Positions 1 through 11,511 of a stretch of 64,000 nucleotides of DNA are shown here, in pieces. Source of the stretch: Acidobacteriota bacterium (GTDB lineage: Bacteria; Acidobacteriota; UBA6911; RPQK01; JAJDTT01); the NCBI GenBank assembly GCA_965219005.1, contig CBDCMS010000003.1, positions 642,788 through 706,787 of the forward strand. The letters are read 5' to 3'. The translations under genes were made by a program, and so were the position numbers. Under the pieces are notes generated by a model. It was not told the origin of the DNA. It saw only the letters and a list, made by a program, of their open reading frames with translations, and did not search any database. How positions within the stretch are numbered: position 1 is the stretch's first letter; the number at the start of each line of letters is the position of its first letter.

Positions 1-756
1 ACCATCAACGGCATCGCTCCCAATCCCGCCGGTTTGAAGAGGATGTCCGAACGCACCGGAGCCAACGTCATCGCCGGTAGCGGCTACTACATCTACCCTT
101 CGCATCCGCCAGACATGGATTCCAAGACGCTCGAGGATATCGAGGAGGAAATCGTCCAGAACGTGACCGAGGGCATTGACGGTGTCCGCTCCGGACTCAT
201 CGGTGAAATCGGCGCCTCCTGGCCGCTGCATCCCAACGAAGAGAAGACATTCAGGGCCGCTGCCCGAGCTCACCTGAGAACCGGGGCTCCCATCTCGATC
301 CATCCCGGCCACGATCACGATTCACCCCTCGCCCTTATAGATCTCATGAAAGGGGAGGGAGTCGATCCCAACCGAATCATCATGAGCCATATCGAGAATC
401 GGTATCGCGAAAGCAGGGATTCCTACAAGCGGCTGGCTGACACCGGTTGCATGCTTGGATTCGACACCTTCGGTCGCGACATGTACTTTGCCGGTGCCGG
501 CCGCCAGCATCCCTCTGACGAGATGAGGATCGATATCATCTCCGGATTGGTCGCCGACGGCTATACCAGTTCGGTGACAGTGGCCCAGGATTGCTGCTTC
601 CAGTGCGATCTGGTCCACTACGGCGGTTACGGCTACGGGCACATCCTTGAGAACATTCTCCCCAGACTCAAGAACAGGGGCGTCAGCGAGGAGGCGATCC
701 AGGAGATCCTGGTGGCGAACCCGAAGCGGATCCTGCCCTTCAGAGATTCGAGTTAG
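1..756 (+). CDS. phosphotriesterase-related (PTER/aryldialkylphosphatase family) TIM-barrel metal hydrolase, 5' end truncated by window edge
   Basis: Reading frame is open from base 1 (TINGIAPNPAGLKRM... with no stop before the listed Met at 34). Motifs GANVIAGSGYY, SIHPGHD and MSHIE fit the PTER/Php amidohydrolase fold. Confidence 0.6.
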   Translation, partial: TINGIAPNPAGLKRMSERTGANVIAGSGYYIYPSHPPDMDSKTLEDIEEEIVQNVTEGIDGVRSGLIGEIGASWPLHPNEEKTFRAAARAHLRTGAPISIHPGHDHDSPLALIDLMKGEGVDPNRIIMSHIENRYRESRDSYKRLADTGCMLGFDTFGRDMYFAGAGRQHPSDEMRIDIISGLVADGYTSSVTVAQDCCFQCDLVHYGGYGYGHILENILPRLKNRGVSEEAIQEILVANPKRILPFRDSS

Positions 757-787
757 TCTCTCGCCCACTAGTTTTGCCGGACGCGAC

Positions 788-2278
788 TTACCGGAAACGC
801 AGAGAGAACAGGTCAGCGTCCTTCATGATGAGCCGCAGCCTTACCGGCTTGCCCGCCAGACGGCGCAGTGGTTTGTCGGAGGTGGCCTTGGCGTGACTTC
901 TGCTCCAGACCACCTGGTGCTCGATCTCGTCTCCCCAGATGAGCGGCGATTCCTCGAGGGCGAAGCCGGGCAGGGGGTTGCCGTCGGCATCCTGGATCTC
1001 CATCCGAATACTGCCCGCCGCCGAGGTGGCGAAGTTCAGCAGCAGGTTTTCTCCTTCGAAGGTGAGCGGCTTGCTGATCCATTCTCCGCCTGAGTATCCC
1101 GCGTGGAGCGATACGAACCCATCGGTCCGAAGCACCATCCTTTCCAAGTAGTTAGAGGGAAAGGTGTAGTCGCGCTGCAGGAAGAGAGAGATTTCGTCGG
1201 GCTGGAGGGACAGTAGACCCCAGGCCGGGGTGTTGGTGCGGTGGACCCAGTTGCGCACTCCGAGTCCGGGACGAATGAAGGCTTCCCGGAATCGGTTCCA
1301 GTGAACCCCGTCCCGGCTCGACATGAAGACGGCATCGGAGCATCCGCTGCCGAAGCCCTGTGTAAAGGGCTCCATGGTTTTCCAGGGAAGGAAGCGTCGG
1401 GGGAAGGCGAGATAGATGTGGGGAGCCCGGAAGTAGGGCCAGGTCGCATTGGTGTAGAGGTGCTCCAGCGGAGCGTCGCCGAAATCCCCCCACTGACCCG
1501 TTGTCCAGTTCCTGAAATCCCTCGAGGTAGACGTCCTGATGGTTCGCACGCCGTTGGCGAAGTCTCGGTAGACACAGACGTAGTGTTCGTTGAGCGTATC
1601 CCAGAAAGCCAGGTTGGGAGAGTCGAAGGCGCCGTCGGTGAGGATGGGCTCCTCCTGCATCTGCTTCCAGTGGATTCCATCAGGCGAAGTGAAGGCAAAC
1701 AGCCCGCCCCGGTCCGGTCCCACTGCTTTGTAACGTTCCTCATCAGGCGCGGCAGGATTGGTGTCCTTGACGACCATGAAAGAGGCCGATCCGGTCCCCA
1801 TCCAGACGATGTTGTTCTCCTTGGAACCCTCGAATTCGATGAGCCCCAGAGTGGGTCGGGTCCAGTGGATGCCATCCCGACTCTCGGCGTAGCAGGCCGT
1901 GTGAGGATGTTCGGCGACGACGACCTCGCCCGGCTTCAGGATCGACTCCAAGGCATATCCGGCATGAGAGCTGCCACGGTAGTACATTCGGAAGAGATCG
2001 CCATCCTGGAAGACAACGGCTTCACTGCCGCTGGTAACCCCCTCCCAGGGCTTGTCGAATACCATCGCCTTTCCAGCGGACCGGGGAGAGTGGAGCTTCA
2101 ACTCCAGCCCCTCCATCGAATCGGTGAGGTAGTCGTCGACGAACAGCTCCAATCTGGAACCAAGTTCCAAGATCGAAGCGGAGGACTCTGCATCGTGGTG
2201 CTCAGAGGGCGCGGCGGCGACGGAGATCAGAGCCAGGGAGATCAGTGTCAAGAGGGTCCGTAGGTTCCAGTGCTTCAT
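788..2278 (-). CDS. secreted Asp-box (BNR-like, S-x-D-G-x-x-W) beta-propeller protein, uncharacterised paralog family (copy A)
   Basis: N-terminal signal peptide. Conserved LELFVDDYL motif. Asp-boxes SRDGIHWT, SPDGIHWK, SRDGVHWN. Block YAESRDGIHWTRPTLGLIEFEGSKENNIV and C-terminus LRLIMKDADLFSLRFR are shared with ORFs 30623..32155, 41584..43212 and 61510... Confidence 0.6.
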   Translation of the reverse strand: MKHWNLRTLLTLISLALISVAAAPSEHHDAESSASILELGSRLELFVDDYLTDSMEGLELKLHSPRSAGKAMVFDKPWEGVTSGSEAVVFQDGDLFRMYYRGSSHAGYALESILKPGEVVVAEHPHTACYAESRDGIHWTRPTLGLIEFEGSKENNIVWMGTGSASFMVVKDTNPAAPDEERYKAVGPDRGGLFAFTSPDGIHWKQMQEEPILTDGAFDSPNLAFWDTLNEHYVCVYRDFANGVRTIRTSTSRDFRNWTTGQWGDFGDAPLEHLYTNATWPYFRAPHIYLAFPRRFLPWKTMEPFTQGFGSGCSDAVFMSSRDGVHWNRFREAFIRPGLGVRNWVHRTNTPAWGLLSLQPDEISLFLQRDYTFPSNYLERMVLRTDGFVSLHAGYSGGEWISKPLTFEGENLLLNFATSAAGSIRMEIQDADGNPLPGFALEESPLIWGDEIEHQVVWSRSHAKATSDKPLRRLAGKPVRLRLIMKDADLFSLRFR

Positions 2279-2314
2279 AGTGTCTAGTTCCTTGGAGTCG
2301 GTTAGGGGGCGCGC

Positions 2315-2854
2315 TCAGGGACGGTCGGAGACCTCGGCTACCGAGAGCCGAAACCTCACCCGGATCGGGTCCAGCTGCCGATTCTGTTGAAACAGGACCC
2401 AGATCATCTGATCCTGGCCACTGGGACCATACATGCGGAGCGTCGCGTCCCAGCGGCGGGTTTCTTCCTGATACTGGGGTAGGCCTGTTTTGCTCCTGTG
2501 ACGCTCGGCGTCGGTGCCTACGGGATCGGAAGTGGAGCGCAGATGGATGGTCCCGACGAGTGGATAACCGAGATTCGGCCCTTCTTGGGGACCTTGTTCC
2601 GTTTGCCCCGGGGTAGCGGTCTCGCCCTCTGCTGATACGAAGTGAAGGGAATAGTTCCCGCTCTCGGCCCGTACCTCAAGGTCAAACGGGCCTTTCTCCA
2701 GGCGGCTCCCATCGGGAGTCTCGACGCTCAGGGGCAAATGTACCTTGCCGGTAAACGGCGGGACACTCTTGGGTCTGGAGTCTTCGGCCCAAACCGAGGT
2801 CAGGACCAGCAGGAGAAGCGCACCAAGAGAAGCCTGCTCAGGCGGGTATCGCAA
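2315..2854 (-). CDS. hypothetical secreted protein
   Basis: Signal-peptide-like N-terminus (LGALLLLVLTSVWA). Overlaps the stop of the upstream DUF1501 gene by 17 bp, suggesting co-transcription. No recognisable motif. Confidence 0.4.
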   Translation of the reverse strand: MRYPPEQASLGALLLLVLTSVWAEDSRPKSVPPFTGKVHLPLSVETPDGSRLEKGPFDLEVRAESGNYSLHFVSAEGETATPGQTEQGPQEGPNLGYPLVGTIHLRSTSDPVGTDAERHRSKTGLPQYQEETRRWDATLRMYGPSGQDQMIWVLFQQNRQLDPIRVRFRLSVAEVSDRP

Positions 2855-4316
2855 GCGAGCCTCCGGTCAGTCTCCGCGCCAGATCAGGACCTCGCTCACC
2901 GCCTTCTCCCACGCCGCTCAGACGTCTTTCCAGGCCCTGGAAGAAGTAGGTGAGCTCGTGATGATCCAGTCCCAGCAAGGTCAGCATGCAAGCGTGCAAG
3001 TCGTTGACATGAATCTTGTCGTCGACGGCGACGAACCCCAGGTCGTCGGTGGCTCCGATGGCCTGGCCGCCCTGAATGCCGCCTCCAGCCATCCAGGCGC
3101 TGAAGCCAAAAGGATTGTGATCGCGCCCATCCTTGCCCTGCATCACCGGTGTACGCCCGAACTCTCCCACCGAGACCACCAGCGTGCTCTCCAGCATTCC
3201 TCGCTGCTTGAGATCCTCAAGCAGGGCGGCGATAGGCTTGTCGGCCTTCCCCGAATTCTTGAGGTGGTTTTTGTCACACTCGCCATGGGCGTCCCAGCCA
3301 TCGCTGTAGAGTTGAACGAAGCGGACGCCTCGCTCCACCATCCGGCGCGCCAGCAAGCACATACGGCCGAACTTCTGGGTTTTCTCTTCCTCCAGTCCGT
3401 ACATCTTCTTGACATGCTGAGACTCCCGGGAAAGATCGATCAGCTCGGGCGCTGCCATTTGCATACGGAAGGCCAGTTCGTAGTTTTCGATCCGAGCCTC
3501 CAGGCGGCTGTCTCCAGGACGAGATTGGAGATGGTTTCGATTCCAGCCCTTGACTCGATCCAGGAGTGCTCGTTGCCGCTGCGGGCCGATCTGGGTAGGC
3601 GGATTCAAGTTTTGGAAGGGCTTTCCCTCGGTGTTGATCAACGTTCCCTGGTAGATGGCCGGCAAGAATCCGGTCCCGAAAAGCGAGGTACTGGAGCGGA
3701 GGACGTCGTCCGTCATCACGATATAGGAGGGAAGATTGTCCGTTTCACTCCCGAGTCCGTATAGGACCCAGGATCCCATGCTGGGGCCGCCCAGCAGAAG
3801 GGTGCCCGTGTTCAGATAGGTCAGGGCCGGACCGTGGATGAACGACTCGTGGTAGCAGGACCGCAGAATGGCCAGATCGTCGGCATGTCCGGCCAGCTGC
3901 TCGAAGAGATCTGAAATCTCGATTCCTGACTTCCCCCGCTTCTTGAAAGTGCGGCGGCTGGCCATGAGCTTGGATTCATAGGGGTGAATCTGGGCGAGCT
4001 CCAGGTCCGTGCGGAAGCTTGGCGGCAGCGGCTGACCGTGAAATTTCTGCAGCGCCGGCTTGGGATCGAAGCTGTCCACCTGACTCAACCCCCCCTGCAT
4101 GAAGATGAATATCACGTTCTTGGCCTTGGCCGGGAAGTGCGGCGGCCTGGGCGCCAGGGGATTCGGCAGGGAACTACTAGCGGCTCCCATGAGGGGCTCG
4201 TTCTGCAGCAGGTTCCCAAGGGCCAGCGACCCGAATCCGAAGGAGGAAGTCCTCAAGAAGTCACGTCTGGAGCTGACCTCGAGTTGTCCCCGGCAAGATG
4301 TGTGCTTCATCCTCAC
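2838..4316 (-). CDS. DUF1501 family protein (sulfatase-like fold, Tat signal)
   Basis: N-terminal RRDFLRTSSFGFGSLALG twin-arginine motif. Overall DUF1501 architecture, paired with the DUF1553/PSCyt gene immediately upstream as is typical for this two-gene module. Confidence 0.8.
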   Translation of the reverse strand: MRMKHTSCRGQLEVSSRRDFLRTSSFGFGSLALGNLLQNEPLMGAASSSLPNPLAPRPPHFPAKAKNVIFIFMQGGLSQVDSFDPKPALQKFHGQPLPPSFRTDLELAQIHPYESKLMASRRTFKKRGKSGIEISDLFEQLAGHADDLAILRSCYHESFIHGPALTYLNTGTLLLGGPSMGSWVLYGLGSETDNLPSYIVMTDDVLRSSTSLFGTGFLPAIYQGTLINTEGKPFQNLNPPTQIGPQRQRALLDRVKGWNRNHLQSRPGDSRLEARIENYELAFRMQMAAPELIDLSRESQHVKKMYGLEEEKTQKFGRMCLLARRMVERGVRFVQLYSDGWDAHGECDKNHLKNSGKADKPIAALLEDLKQRGMLESTLVVSVGEFGRTPVMQGKDGRDHNPFGFSAWMAGGGIQGGQAIGATDDLGFVAVDDKIHVNDLHACMLTLLGLDHHELTYFFQGLERRLSGVGEGGERGPDLARRLTGGSLAIPA

Positions 4317-4317
4317 C

Positions 4318-7002
4318 TCAATCTACGAAGAGGAACTCGTTCAAATTGAATACCGCCAGGCAAAGCTCGGTCAAGCCCTGAGCCTGCGCCCGATCGATGC
4401 TCTCGAGCTCGCTCGGACTCCCTTCCGGCAGCTCGCTCCAACCGTCTCCGTCAGCGCTGGCCATGGCCTGCAGAGACTCCCGGACTTCGTCACTGCCAGG
4501 GGCACGACCCAAAGCGGTCTCCCAGGCCTGCTTTACCCATTGCTCGGGGTTGTCTCCGCCCTCCCGAATCAGGCGGCCCGCAAAGATCAAAGCCTGTCGG
4601 AAAACGGCCTGGTTGTTCATCAACCAGAGGGATTGGGGTGCCACCGTGGTCACAGAACGCTCTGGACAGCTGACGGCCGGGTCCGGGGTATCGAACTTCT
4701 GGAACATGGGGAAGGTGAAGTTTCTCCGCGACAGGATATAGATGCCCCGACGGGTGTGCTCTGCCGGATCAGCGGGTACCGTCCAGGCCCACTTGAGCCT
4801 GAATCCCGCCAACTCGTTCTCCGACAAGGGAGGAACTACCGGACGCCCGTACATCTTCGGGTTCAGGTTTCCGGCCACCGAGTGGATGCTGTCCCACAGG
4901 GTCTCTGCCTCTAGCCGTCTTCGATTGGCTCGCCACAGATAGGCATTGTCGGGGTCAGCAAGTGCGTTTTCCTTACGATGGAAGCGACTGGACATGCGGT
5001 AGGTGGAGGACTCAAGGATGAGTCGGTGCATGGATTTGAGGCTCCAACCCTGGCGAACGAACTCGGTGGCCAGCCAGTCCAGGAGCTGTGGATGCGAAGG
5101 AGGTTGTCCCTGACTGCCAAAATCATTTGGAGTCGCCACGATTCCTCTGCCGAAATGCCACTGCCAGAGGCGGTTGACCATGACTCGAGCCGTCAAGGGA
5201 TGGTCTGGGCGAGTCAGCCAAAGGGCTAATTTCTTGCGATAGCGTGGGCCATAGAGGTTCTCTTCGTCGAAGTCCACGCCATTTGCCAGGCTGGAGGGCA
5301 AGCCGGGGCCCACCTTTTCCCGAGGGCGATCCAGGTCACCCCTTTCCAGTACCCGGACCTCAGGAATCAACTCGGTCTGGATATGCCCCAGAACCGTGGC
5401 CGAGGGGTTGTCATAGAAACCGTCGAAGCGCACATGGTGGGAAAGGTCCTTCAGCGGCAGATCCAGGACCTTCTCGGCGATGGCCATCATCAGTTGCGCC
5501 CGTTCTTCCTTCTCCTCCGAAGTCAGGTGATCCGCCAGCTTGAAGGTCTTGCTGGGGATGAGCTTCGTCAGAGCTTCCTCTAGCGGCGCAGCAAGTTTCT
5601 TCTGCTTTTCCGTCCGCTCTGCTTCGGGTACTTCATAGGCGCGGATGACCTCAGGAGGAAACTCGGACTTCTTGGCCTCGGTGAGGCGCTTCTCGACCCT
5701 CGCTTGAAACATCTGGTGGGCCCGGCGGCGCTCGTCCAGTGCGATGTACTTGGGGTAGTACTCGTTGCGATGGAACATGCTCATCTCGGTTACGACCGGA
5801 ATCGTGACCGGATGAGAGGGTGCGAAGATGGCCTGCATCCGGTAGTAATCCTTCTGCGAGAGGGGATCGAACTTGTGGTCGTGACAGCGGGCGCATCCCA
5901 TGGTGAGTCCCAGAAAGGCCGAGCTGGTGGTGTCCACCCAATCCGTCAGGCGCTCATAGCGGAGCTTGGGGGCGTCCAGCGTGGATTCACCGATAGCAGG
6001 TCCGAAACCGAAGAGGCTGGTGCCTACTTTCGCTTCCATATGTTCCACCTTCTCGGGTGGAATACCATAGCTGGTTTCGTAGAGGTCCAGGTTATCTGGC
6101 CAGAGCTCATCCGCGGCGATTTGCTCCTGGACAAACCGGTCGTAGGGTTTGTCTTCATTGAAGGATTTAATCACGTAGTCCCGGTAGCGCCAGGCGTTGG
6201 GATAGTACTCGTCGGTCTCGAAGCCTCCGCTGTCGGCGTAGCGGACGGTGTCCAGCCAGTGCCGAGCCCAGCGCTCACCGTATTGCGGCGAATCGAGTAA
6301 GTGGTTTACCAGGTTGGAATAGGCTTCGGGAGAGGTGTCCTCGATAAACTTCTCCACGGCTTCGGGTTCAGGAGGAAGACCGATCAGGTCGATGTACATT
6401 CGTCGTACCAGCTCCAGTTTGCTGGCTTCGGGCGCTGCTGCCAGGTTCTCGGCCTGCAGACGCGCGAAAATGAAGCTATCAATGGGATTCCGAACGCGAT
6501 CGGAGTACTCGACGCTCCCAGGAACAGGAGGCCGCTGCGGCTTGCGGAAGGACCACCAGTCCGAATCCGCGCTGTTTGGCTTTGTGGATGCATTGGGCCA
6601 CGAGGCTCCCTGGTCGACCCAATCTTTGAGAACTCCCAGGTCTGCGGCTGATAGCCGGGTTTGACCCGGCGGCATCTTGAGGTCTCCTAGATGAGTGAGT
6701 GCCTGGTACAGAAGGCTCGAGTCCGAATCCCCAGGAACGAGCGCCGGTCCACGGCCACCTCCCCTGAGAAGGGATTCGCGGGTTCGCAGATCGAGTCCGG
6801 CCATTTGAGCCGCACCGTGACAAGTCCAACAGTTCTGTTCCAGAATACTCAGGGCCTGATTGTTCAGGCTGGATGCACCATCAGAAGTCGCTTTCTTTGG
6901 GGTAGCCGAAAGCGCAGTCAAAAGAAGGGTTGAGAGCAGGGTCACCCATGATGCCTTGCGGCCGCATCTTCGGAAGCAACCCATTGGAGGAGATTTTTTC
7001 AC
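4318..7002 (-). CDS. PSCyt1/DUF1549/DUF1553 multidomain protein (planctomycete-type cytochrome c domain protein)
   Basis: Heme-binding CWTCHG motif near the N-terminus after a signal peptide. 894 aa. Classic partner of DUF1501; stop-start spacing to the downstream gene is 1 bp. Confidence 0.8.
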   Translation of the reverse strand: MKKSPPMGCFRRCGRKASWVTLLSTLLLTALSATPKKATSDGASSLNNQALSILEQNCWTCHGAAQMAGLDLRTRESLLRGGGRGPALVPGDSDSSLLYQALTHLGDLKMPPGQTRLSAADLGVLKDWVDQGASWPNASTKPNSADSDWWSFRKPQRPPVPGSVEYSDRVRNPIDSFIFARLQAENLAAAPEASKLELVRRMYIDLIGLPPEPEAVEKFIEDTSPEAYSNLVNHLLDSPQYGERWARHWLDTVRYADSGGFETDEYYPNAWRYRDYVIKSFNEDKPYDRFVQEQIAADELWPDNLDLYETSYGIPPEKVEHMEAKVGTSLFGFGPAIGESTLDAPKLRYERLTDWVDTTSSAFLGLTMGCARCHDHKFDPLSQKDYYRMQAIFAPSHPVTIPVVTEMSMFHRNEYYPKYIALDERRRAHQMFQARVEKRLTEAKKSEFPPEVIRAYEVPEAERTEKQKKLAAPLEEALTKLIPSKTFKLADHLTSEEKEERAQLMMAIAEKVLDLPLKDLSHHVRFDGFYDNPSATVLGHIQTELIPEVRVLERGDLDRPREKVGPGLPSSLANGVDFDEENLYGPRYRKKLALWLTRPDHPLTARVMVNRLWQWHFGRGIVATPNDFGSQGQPPSHPQLLDWLATEFVRQGWSLKSMHRLILESSTYRMSSRFHRKENALADPDNAYLWRANRRRLEAETLWDSIHSVAGNLNPKMYGRPVVPPLSENELAGFRLKWAWTVPADPAEHTRRGIYILSRRNFTFPMFQKFDTPDPAVSCPERSVTTVAPQSLWLMNNQAVFRQALIFAGRLIREGGDNPEQWVKQAWETALGRAPGSDEVRESLQAMASADGDGWSELPEGSPSELESIDRAQAQGLTELCLAVFNLNEFLFVD

Positions 7003-7349
7003 GACTGTGGCACCGAGCGTACTGCTTCAGGTTATTCCCCTGAGCAAGACTTGTCAACGGGCCACTCGTGAGATCAGGGTCTCCTGAAGCCCTCTGACGC
7101 TGACTCCAGGTTGGCAGCCCGATGGATGGTGTTCCGGGTAGTTAATTGAGCTGGTAGGCCCGGTTCCTGCAGTTCCTTCGCCCCCTCCTAACCAAGTTTA
7201 GGAGCCTGCTTCAGCGGGCTGGAGCGAAGCGTAATAGACCGGTCCTTCAGAGGGTGTCGCAAGAGTCCATAGCGGAGTCCGGATAGCGCCGTGCATATCG
7301 ATAAGCAGTGTTGAGTTCGCGAGACTGGGTTTCCAGCGTCCTGAAGTCG

Positions 7350-7544
7350 AGGTCAATCCCAACGGGATTGTGTATTCTAGCCCAGGGTTTCCGAACCCTG
7401 GGAAAGGTAAGGACTCTTCAGGAATCAACCCTGTAGGGGTTGCGGAGAGCTTCATCCAGGCCCTTTCGTGGATATTTTCAAGTGACATAACTCCTGCTTA
7501 CGCAACCCTTTCAGGGTTGGGTATGAGAGGGGATACCGTTAACC
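7350..7544. repeat. structured REP/MITE-like repeat forming the insertion context of IS110 copy 1
   Basis: Contains palindrome CCCAGGGTTTCCGAACCCTGGG at 7384 and hairpin gggttgcg...cgcaaccc. About 85% similar to the rc of 35280..35440 next to IS110 copy 2. Confidence 0.55.
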
Positions 7545-7737
7545 CAGGGTTCGGAAACCCTTATATGTGTTATTTGTTGAAAGGAATTCGGGTCAGAACG
7601 TCTGATCCGAGCCGACCACGAGATCGTGAAACCCTCGGTCCGTCGAGACCGGAGCCCAGCGAGATCCGTGGTCGGCCCATTTCATGTCAACCCGAACAGT
7701 CGCCTGGGCCTCCGTCAAAGAGAGAGCCCGAATATAA

Positions 7738-8739
<1,002 letters not shown>

Positions 8740-8747
8740 TAATGCTT

Positions 8748-10082
8748 CACTAGTGTCCAATCATAAGTCAAATAGATTCAACTGGTTACATGAACCTCCC
8801 TGGTGATTCCTGTAATCGAAGCTGGTAAGTACTTGAATTAATGGGGTTTTCTCGAAAACAGTCAGGCTGAGAATCTGTAGAGTTGTGTAGAGGCTCAGCT
8901 CCAATTTCAGGCGTTTTTTCAGGATGGCAACGAGGATATACACGGAGATGGCGATCCAGATCTGAGTTTTGACGGCGTTCGGAGAAGTCCCATAGAAGGC
9001 TTTGATGCGCAGGTGTTGCTTGATCCATTTGAAGAAAAGTTCCACGCGCCAGCGGCAACGGTACAGCTGGGCGACAGTGAGGGCAGTCAGGGAAAAGTTG
9101 TTGCTCAAGAAGACCAAGTGTTTTTGGGTCTCGGCGTCGTAGTAGCGGACTCGTCGGAGTTTGTCGGGGTACTTGTTGGCCGTGTAACGGCCGCTCAGGA
9201 CCCCGGTTTGATCGCTTCTTAGCCCGATGCTCTTGTCGACACGATGGGAGTACAGACGGCGGAAATTCAGGCGCTGGTGGGCACGAATGATGAAGAAACC
9301 GGAACTCTGGTGCAGCCGATAAAGACGTGCGAAATCGAGATAGCCGCGATCCAGGATGTAAATGGAGCCGGGTTGGACCAGCAGATAGTCGAGGATATTG
9401 ACGTCGTGAACCCGCCCCTCGGTGACCTCGACAAAGGTGGGGATGTTGCCACGTAAGTCGAGCAAAGTATGCAGTTTGATGGCTCCTTTGCGTTTGCGGA
9501 AGCGGGCCCAAGGGAACACCGAAAGACACAGATCGATGGTGGTGGAATCGAGCGCGTAGACCGTTTTTTCCAGTTCCACGGCAAAGGGCTCGCCTGCGTA
9601 CAAAGTCCGTGCCTCTTGGATCAAGACTTGAGCGAAATCGGCATAAATGCGCCAATCCCGATTCTCGTTGGTATGGGCCAAAGAGCTGCGGGCCACGCGG
9701 CCTCGAATTCCCATGTGGTAGAGTCTGCCTGCAACCGAACCTAGCGTGGCTTCGATATCCCGCAGACTCTCGCGATAGGTCAGCTGGGCGAAGACCATAC
9801 ACAGCCACTGCTTCCAGCAGGAGAAGTCTTTTATCTTGTAATCTCCTCGGTAGCGTTGAGCACAGAGTTGAAATTGATACCTGGGGACGCAATCCATCAG
9901 CTGGGCAAAGACGGTTCTGCGCATATCCATCTAGGCATCCTATCGGCTTGCAGGCCACAGGATTGGAGAACCGGGTCGGCACCTGCCACAGTTTCATATC
10001 AAAAAGTATCGAAAAAATTGGATTTCGATGTTAAAACAATTCTTACCAGTAACTTAGAGTTGTGCGATAGAACAACGTTTGG
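8748..10082 (-). mobile_element. IS4-family insertion sequence (1335 bp) nested in the 3' end of IS110 copy 1
   Basis: Perfect 13-bp terminal inverted repeats CACTAGTGTCCAA (8748-8760) / TTGGACACTAGTG (10070-10082). Flanked by direct 9-bp target-site duplication ATAATGCTT (8739-8747 and 10083-10091). The uninterrupted target is visible in IS110 copy 2 (rc: ...cttaataatgcttgacaaaacc). Confidence 0.85.
8761..9930 (-). CDS. IS4-family DDE transposase
   Basis: 389 aa. DDE region with ILDRGY and the C-terminal YRCRWRVELFFKWIKQHL (Y-x2-R-x3-E-x6-K) signature of IS4-family transposases. Confidence 0.85.
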   Translation of the reverse strand: MDMRRTVFAQLMDCVPRYQFQLCAQRYRGDYKIKDFSCWKQWLCMVFAQLTYRESLRDIEATLGSVAGRLYHMGIRGRVARSSLAHTNENRDWRIYADFAQVLIQEARTLYAGEPFAVELEKTVYALDSTTIDLCLSVFPWARFRKRKGAIKLHTLLDLRGNIPTFVEVTEGRVHDVNILDYLLVQPGSIYILDRGYLDFARLYRLHQSSGFFIIRAHQRLNFRRLYSHRVDKSIGLRSDQTGVLSGRYTANKYPDKLRRVRYYDAETQKHLVFLSNNFSLTALTVAQLYRCRWRVELFFKWIKQHLRIKAFYGTSPNAVKTQIWIAISVYILVAILKKRLKLELSLYTTLQILSLTVFEKTPLIQVLTSFDYRNHQGGSCNQLNLFDL

Positions 10083-10404
10083 ACACTAGTGATAATGCTT
10101 GACAAAACCAACACAGTCGCTGGGCTGGAATCCGGAATCCCTTCAGGATTCAAATGCTCTCGGTGCTTGAACCATGTCAAGGTCTTGGGGGCTTACCCAC
10201 ACGGCTTCAGTTGCCTCTGAAGGGCTTCGCCCGGAAGTGGAAGCGAGACCTCCTCCCCCTAGCATCGTGTACCCTGATGTTGACTTTCGCGACACCCTCG
10301 TGAGGGCCGGGTATCCGGGGCGATGTGACTGGTGAGCCCCGCTTCAGCGGGCTTCTCGAATGTCGGCTTTAGCCAAGATCCGGTCGGGTGCTCCAATGAC
10401 TAAT

Positions 10405-11478
10405 CTAATCTACCAGGTTGAGACTGTGCACCTTTAGGAGGCAGGTCACTTCCAAGCCGGTGGCAAGCTCAAGATCAGCCGCCGCCTCGGGGGTCACCAC
10501 GGCCCAGAGAATCTGGCCCACGTCCACTGCAACGAACACGTCTCCGGCGACTCGGATGAGCCGGCGCACCCGCCCAGTCAAATGATTTCTCGAACTCAGA
10601 TCCTTCACGTCGCGGCGGCTGAGGACCACTGCCCCCGGGGAAAATTGGATGAAGAGAGGCTTGTGCTGGGGCAGTTGGTGTGATGGAAGCTGGAGCCTGT
10701 GCTCGCCGATACGGGCGATGGACAGTCCCGCCTGCTGCTCGATCTCCTCGACTCGAAGTAGGTTGACGGGTCCAGCAGAATCGCTCCAACTCAACGGTTC
10801 CGGACGGGTCAATACGTCTTCCGGTGGCCCATCCGCCAACAGTCGACCGTTCTCAATCAAGACGACCCAGTCGGCTGCGCGCCTCACCTCGGCTTGCGCG
10901 TGTGTCACGAAGAGCGTGGGAATGTGCCACTCGGCGACGACGCGCTCCAGGTAGGCGAGTATCCTCGCCTTCAGCGGTGCATCCAGCGAGGCCAAGGGTT
11001 CGTCCATGAGCAGCAACTCGGGACCGCTGAGCAGAGCTCGACCCAGTCCGACGCGCTGTCGCTCGCCACCCGAGAGGCTCTCGGGATAGCGTCCGCGAAG
11101 AGACCCGATCTCGAGAACCTCGACTACGCGTTCGAAATCCAGAGTGCGGCGCTTGTGCTTTCTCCAGCGTTGACCGTAACGCAGATTGGACTCAACCGTC
11201 AGGTGGGGGAAGAGCAGAGAATCCTGAAAGACCAGCCCTACATTCCGGGACTCGGGTGGCAGGCAGTGCCCCGTCGCCGTATCCAGGAGGGTCTGACCTG
11301 CTACACAGATCCTGCCTTGTTGCGGGCTTGTGAGTCCGGCGATCATTGAGAGAATGCTGGTCTTCCCGCTTCCGGAAGGACCGAACAGAGCTGCGAAGTG
11401 AGCTTCCAGATTCAATCTTAGGTCCAGGGCGAACCCACCCGGGTAGCGGTGTTGGCACTCGAACTCCAAGAGGCTCAT
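10405..11478 (-). CDS. modC: molybdate ABC transporter ATP-binding protein with C-terminal MOP/TOBE domain
   Basis: Walker A GPSGSGKTS, ABC signature LSGGERQRV, Walker B LLLMDEP, C-terminal TOBE-like tail. Lies immediately downstream of modB and modA. Confidence 0.8.
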   Translation of the reverse strand: MSLLEFECQHRYPGGFALDLRLNLEAHFAALFGPSGSGKTSILSMIAGLTSPQQGRICVAGQTLLDTATGHCLPPESRNVGLVFQDSLLFPHLTVESNLRYGQRWRKHKRRTLDFERVVEVLEIGSLRGRYPESLSGGERQRVGLGRALLSGPELLLMDEPLASLDAPLKARILAYLERVVAEWHIPTLFVTHAQAEVRRAADWVVLIENGRLLADGPPEDVLTRPEPLSWSDSAGPVNLLRVEEIEQQAGLSIARIGEHRLQLPSHQLPQHKPLFIQFSPGAVVLSRRDVKDLSSRNHLTGRVRRLIRVAGDVFVAVDVGQILWAVVTPEAAADLELATGLEVTCLLKVHSLNLVD

Positions 11479-11511
11479 GTTTTGGGCAATCTCCCTCGCT
11501 ACACTCGAGCT

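Noticed and set aside
1241-2263. Long antisense ORFs overlapping well-supported genes (e.g. 1241..2263+, 2745..3764+, 11192..12298-, 19911..20789-, 35420..36268+, 43337..44359+, 46291..48537+, 48586..49143+)
   Set aside because: Typical of high-GC DNA where stop codons are rare on the non-coding strand. Their translations are Arg/Pro/Gly-rich with no motifs, whereas the opposite-strand ORFs carry clear domain signatures.
10320-10355. Hairpin gagccccgcttcagcgggcttc downstream of modC (similar gcttcagcgggct at 7209) as an intrinsic terminator
   Set aside because: On the modC (minus) strand the stem is not followed by a U-tract. The similar motif at 7209 lies inside the repeat-rich IS110 flank, so it is more likely part of the REP-like repeat family than a terminator.
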